DNA of 21,785 nucleotides from Candidatus Heimdallarchaeota archaeon (GTDB lineage Archaea; Asgardarchaeota; Wukongarchaeia; Wukongarchaeales; JBHIFL01): NCBI GenBank assembly GCA_046761065.1, contig JBHIFL010000069.1, positions 1 to 21,785 of the forward strand, read 5' to 3'. Shown piece by piece: positions 17,753 to 21,785 of this stretch (position 1 is its first letter; each line of letters starts with the position of its first letter). The notes under the pieces were generated by a model. It saw only the letters and a program-made list of their open reading frames with translations, ran no database searches and was not told where the DNA came from. The position numbers and the translations under genes were made by a program.

Positions 17753-19453
17753 CTATTTAATGTTTTCAAAACCATGTTCTCGCAGAATCCGCTCCATTTC
17801 ATGAACTGGAATGTAGAATCGCTTAGCTATCTCTTCAACGGATCCTTCTCCCTGTGAATAAGCCCTCAATGCTCTTTTGTATCGCAACCACCGAAAATAC
17901 TGAGGAATTACAATAAGAAAACACATAGCGACAACAAAAATTACAATTAGTACCCCAATTTTAATGATAGAGCCAAAAGAGTTCTCGTTACCTCCTGACA
18001 CCTCGGATAATGTTGTTTTTGGGTAATCCAATGGGTCTTTGGGATCAGTTAGTGCAGAAATCTCCTCACCATCAGAATACGTGTCATTATCAGAATCTTC
18101 ATCTGTTGGGTTGGTCTTGTAAATCTCCACCTCTTCCTTGTTAGTAAGCCCGTCACCATCGGTATCAGTGAGATCGACACCAGGTGGGACCACCTTCACT
18201 AACCAGGCATCCCTCTCGCCAGCTCCGAAAGAAGAAGTGAACCCTCCAAGAACAAAACTACTATCTGTCGCTTTGGTGAATGACCTTACCTCATCATCCT
18301 CAGCGCCACCGTATGTCTGCTGCCACTCCATGTTCCCATTGATATCCGTTTTGACTAGCCAGGCGTCCCCAGCACCCGTTCCAAATGACCAAGTGGAACC
18401 GACAAGCACAAAGCCACCATCCGTCTCTATCCCAGCCCAAGCCTCATCATATGCGATGCCACCAAAAGTTTGATTGAACAATGGTATCCCGTAGGCATCG
18501 GTCTTGATCATCCAGAAGTCTCGGCTACCCATTCCATAGGACTGAGTGTATCCTATCAGAACATATCCTCCATCTCCCACCGTCTGAATGCCTGCCCAAG
18601 CGGCATCATCCTTGGAGTTGCCATAGGTTTGCTGCCACTCCATGTTTCCCTTCGCATCGGTCTTCACAAGCCAACTGTCCCAGCCACCTGCTCCAAAAGA
18701 AGAAGTATACCCAAAAAAAGCAAAACCGCCATCGGATGTCATAATAAATGATCTAATTACATCAATCTCAGGACCGCCATAGGTTTGCTGCCACTCCATG
18801 TTTCCCTTCGCATCCGTCTTAACGAATAACACATCAATACCGCCTGCTCCATAGGAACGCGTAGAGCCTATAAGGAAAAACCCATCGTCTGTTTCGATGA
18901 CACCGGATGCCCCATCACGCATAGGACCGCCATAGGTTTGCTGCCACTCCATGTTTCCCTTCGCATCCGTCTTGACTAGCCAAAAATCAATTTCACCTGC
19001 ACCATAAGACTCTGTGGAACCTATAAAGACATAACCTCCGTCTTTAGTCTCAATAACAGCGTTTCCTTCTTCGTATTTGGAACCACCAAAGGTTTGTGTC
19101 CATTCTACAGCTCCTTGGGGATCCGTCTTCACTAGCCAAGCATTATAATTGGTTATACCATAGGACAAAGTGGATCCAACAATGAGAAAACCCCTATTGG
19201 TCGTTTGAATCACTGCGGCGGCATAGTCGTCTTTCGAGCCACCGTACGTTTGATTCCACTGTATTGTAGGCAACTCACCTATCTTTGCAGTCAGTATAGG
19301 GGCTTTGTAGAACCATGATTCTTCAACGTCTACAGTAGCCAGCACAATCTCCTGAGTTAATACGGATAAGATAAAAAACCATAGAATAATCATCTTTCGA
19401 TGGTTTAAACCGTCATATCTTATGCGAACCAGCATTCGCATATTTTTCACCAT
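17753..19453 (-). CDS. Single-pass membrane protein: WxQTYGG-repeat beta-propeller, Ca-binding DxDGDG repeats, TM helix, cytoplasmic HTH-like tail
   Basis: Signal peptide; seven ~51-aa repeats of type W.QT(Y/F)GG...GG(Y/F)...G.T.S(Y/F)G....WLVKTD; DTDGDGLTNKEE and DSDNDTYSDGEE; TM IGVLIVIFVVAMCFLIVI; basic stop-transfer segment. Confidence 0.85.
   Translation of the reverse strand: MVKNMRMLVRIRYDGLNHRKMIILWFFILSVLTQEIVLATVDVEESWFYKAPILTAKIGELPTIQWNQTYGGSKDDYAAAVIQTTNRGFLIVGSTLSYGITNYNAWLVKTDPQGAVEWTQTFGGSKYEEGNAVIETKDGGYVFIGSTESYGAGEIDFWLVKTDAKGNMEWQQTYGGPMRDGASGVIETDDGFFLIGSTRSYGAGGIDVLFVKTDAKGNMEWQQTYGGPEIDVIRSFIMTSDGGFAFFGYTSSFGAGGWDSWLVKTDAKGNMEWQQTYGNSKDDAAWAGIQTVGDGGYVLIGYTQSYGMGSRDFWMIKTDAYGIPLFNQTFGGIAYDEAWAGIETDGGFVLVGSTWSFGTGAGDAWLVKTDINGNMEWQQTYGGAEDDEVRSFTKATDSSFVLGGFTSSFGAGERDAWLVKVVPPGVDLTDTDGDGLTNKEEVEIYKTNPTDEDSDNDTYSDGEEISALTDPKDPLDYPKTTLSEVSGGNENSFGSIIKIGVLIVIFVVAMCFLIVIPQYFRWLRYKRALRAYSQGEGSVEEIAKRFYIPVHEMERILREHGFENIK
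18620..18973. repeat. Three exact 39-bp intragenic direct repeats spaced 156 and 153 bp apart (propeller blades)
   Basis: GCCATAGGTTTGCTGCCACTCCATGTTTCCCTTCGCATC at 18620, 18776 and 18929. Copies 2 and 3 are identical over 51 bp (18770-18820, 18923-18973). Confidence 0.9.
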
Positions 19454-19768
19454 TTTGAAATTACTTTTTACTTTTATTTAAGAGTTTGCGAGGTTAAGAA
19501 CTCCTCCTTTAAGTTTAAAACAATTTAACATATAACATGTTTAATTTAGTACATTTCAGTTCAGCAGGAAATGAAAAAATGAAAGGTCTTCAGCGGCCTT
19601 AGTTCCATTGGCAATATGACTTGTCTTTAAAGTCCCCCTTATTAGGTCATATAAGATGATTTGTGAACTCCTAGTTAATAATTGAAAATAATATTAATTG
19701 GAGAAACCCTTATACGAGGAATACATATATCTAATTCTGCTTAGAGATGCTATCTGGAGAAACTCCCT

Positions 19769-20054
19769 ATGTCAAATGATATCGACCCCCACATCAAATC
19801 CGATTTTGAGGATGCCATACAACGTACTAGAAACTTACCAAATCAACCTCCTGATGTCTTACTGGAAATTATATGGATTATATAAACAGGCACTTGTAGG
19901 AGATGTGACCAAAAAAACGCCCGGGCCTTTGAATATTAAAGATCGATACAAATACGACGCCTGGGCCTTCCGAAAAAGAATGACGAAGCAAAACGCTATG
20001 AAAGCCTATATAGAACTGATTCAAAAACTTGAGAAGTCTGATAATACATTTTAA
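19769..20054 (+). pseudogene. Acyl-CoA-binding protein (ACBP) with a +1 frameshift (pseudogene or assembly error)
   Basis: ATG 19769 after GGAGA gives MSNDIDPHIKSDFEDAIQRTRNLPNQPPDVLL. Removing one base from GGAAA (19864-19868) continues into LYGLYKQALVGD..PG....RYKYDAW...MTKQNAMKAYIELIQKL, the ACBP signature. Repaired length is 94 aa. Confidence 0.88.
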
Positions 20055-20249
20055 TAAATAAAAAATGAAGAAAATTCAACTTTTGTGCTTGTTGTCTATT
20101 GTGAATTTTCAACGTGTATTGAACTGTTTAGCTGAGCAAATTACGCATAGTAGGTGATGAATGATTGGGATAATAAATTCTTCAATTCTTCCTATTTTCA
20201 AGCGTCCTCTCAATATGAAATTCTTTGATGATATTCTGGGGGAAAAATC

Positions 20250-21758
20250 TTGTCAACCGTTAATCCTAATTACGCTGAACACCCCTTTGTTTTATGTATC
20301 GACATTGGTACTTCTTCGTTTCGAACCTTACTTTTCGATCGGCTTGGAAGGGCAGTAGAGAGTGTTGCATCACGAAAGGCGCATATTTTACATATAGCGC
20401 GTGATGGAAGAGTAGAAGGGGATCCGGACACCATTCTCGCAGGTGTTTTTCACTGCATCGATAACACACTGCAATTAGCTGGTTCATTAACTAAGGATAT
20501 TGCTGGAGTAGGGTTAACCACTCTTGTAGGAAACATTCTTGGCATTAATTCTTCCAATCAAGCGGTAACACCGATGCTTACTTACGCCGATACACGTGCC
20601 TCCCAAGAAGCTCTCAGATTACGAATGGAGTTGGATGAACGAGTTACACATCATCGTACTGGCTGTCACCTCCATTCTTCTTACCTCCCGGCTCAATTTC
20701 GTTGGATCGGACATTACAGACCAAAATGGATGGAACAAGTCTCTCTTTGGGCTTCCATTGCAGATTATTTGTTCCTCAAAGTTTTTGGATATTCTTCAAC
20801 CTCCTATTCTATTGCAGCTTGGACCGGCTTGCTTAACCGTCACACTTTAACTTGGGATGATGAGCTTTTTGCCCACTTACCCATCAAACCTGAGCAAATG
20901 CTCCCCCTGTGTGATTTTGCGCATTCTATCTCCTCTCTGAGAGGTGAATTTGCCTCACGTTGGCCCGCGTTAGCCGAGATCCCATGGTTCCCTCCAATCG
21001 GGGATGGAGCGTCAGCCAATATTGGGAGTGGCTGCATTTCCCCATCTCAAATTGCACTCACACTTGGTACAACTGGAGCCATGCGATTTCTGACAAGTAA
21101 ACCTATTGAACACCTCCCATGGGGCTTGTGGAATTATCCTATTGATCGAACACGCTCAATTATTGGTGGTGCGATGACAGAAGGAGGAAATGCCCAAGAT
21201 TGGGTACTTCAGAGGTTCCATATAGCGAAATCTTTCCAGTTGGAACAACATCTGGCTGCATTGCCCCCAGATGGACACGGTTTGACGATCCTACCCTTCT
21301 TTGCAGGTGAACGTTCACCTGGCTGGATTGGGAGTGCCCGTGCCACCATCCATGGGCTGTCTTTCAATACTCAACCATTAGAAATCTTACGAGCTATGTT
21401 AGAAGCCATCGCCTTCCGATTGTCTCTCATCTATGAATTGCTCAAGCCCTTGGCGAATAGGGGTGCCCAAATCATAGCTAGTGGAGGAATTATTCGAAGT
21501 CCTATCTGGCTTCAAATCATGTCGGATGTCTTCAATCGACCTTTAACTGCCTCGAACGTTACTGAAGCTAGCAGTCGTGGTGTGGCCCTCCTCGTACTCG
21601 AAGCTCTTGGTGAAATATCTGACCTAACCAAAGTTCCTGATTTTCAAGGACAAATATATGAACCGAGCACAGACCATCACCAAATCTATCAGCAAGCGCG
21701 TGCGAGACAACAGAACTTGTATAAGTCACTAGTTCGCTCTGGATCATTGAAAGATTAA
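20250..21758 (+). CDS. FGGY-family carbohydrate kinase, gluconokinase-like
   Basis: Motifs IDIGTSSFR, TYADTRA, RTGC..HSSY, GDGASANIGSG, GTTGAMR, PFFAGERSPGW, GG...SP.W.QIMSDV and EASSRG. Confidence 0.88.
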   Translation: MSTVNPNYAEHPFVLCIDIGTSSFRTLLFDRLGRAVESVASRKAHILHIARDGRVEGDPDTILAGVFHCIDNTLQLAGSLTKDIAGVGLTTLVGNILGINSSNQAVTPMLTYADTRASQEALRLRMELDERVTHHRTGCHLHSSYLPAQFRWIGHYRPKWMEQVSLWASIADYLFLKVFGYSSTSYSIAAWTGLLNRHTLTWDDELFAHLPIKPEQMLPLCDFAHSISSLRGEFASRWPALAEIPWFPPIGDGASANIGSGCISPSQIALTLGTTGAMRFLTSKPIEHLPWGLWNYPIDRTRSIIGGAMTEGGNAQDWVLQRFHIAKSFQLEQHLAALPPDGHGLTILPFFAGERSPGWIGSARATIHGLSFNTQPLEILRAMLEAIAFRLSLIYELLKPLANRGAQIIASGGIIRSPIWLQIMSDVFNRPLTASNVTEASSRGVALLVLEALGEISDLTKVPDFQGQIYEPSTDHHQIYQQARARQQNLYKSLVRSGSLKD

Positions 21759-21785
21759 TATGAATTTAAAACAAAATCTATCTAG

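Noticed and set aside
18620-18973. CRISPR array or DGR template/variable repeat interpretation of the 39-bp repeats
   Set aside because: The repeats are in frame within a CDS at 51-52 codon spacing, the spacers exceed 110 bp, and no cas or reverse transcriptase gene is present.
19698-19863. N-terminus of the 118-aa ORF in the track
   Set aside because: The ACBP-like first helix lies in another frame starting at 19769, so the track's N-terminus is a frameshift artefact.
4627-19868. Programmed ribosomal frameshifting to explain the HD and ACBP breaks
   Set aside because: Neither site has an X XXY YYZ slippery heptamer or an evident stimulatory structure. An indel mutation or sequencing error is simpler.

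Overview
The window looks archaeal: GGAGGT/GGTGA ribosome-binding sites, TTG starts, a BRE-TATA promoter, PGF-type C-terminal sorting tails and WxQTYGG propeller repeats. An Asgard/Heimdallarchaeia-like origin is plausible but is only an inference. Metabolic genes include a 5'-truncated Thr/Ser dehydratase, an M19 dipeptidase, an M32 carboxypeptidase and an FGGY gluconokinase. Signalling genes include a 4-PAS histidine kinase and a DUF438-hemerythrin-PAS protein. The most striking item is an orphan Hcp/TssD (type VI secretion tube) homolog with an N-terminal signal/TM helix, 30 nt upstream of a PGF-CTERM-anchored secreted protein and with no other T6SS genes in the window. Other notable items are a 1246-aa surface metallopeptidase with a near-identical sorting tail and a beta-propeller membrane protein with a predicted cytoplasmic HTH tail. 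Three genes are broken or missed in the ORF track: a frameshifted acyl-CoA-binding protein (ACBP), a frameshifted HD hydrolase and a decayed nucleotidyltransferase pseudogene. No rRNA, tRNA, CRISPR array or intact mobile element was recognised.
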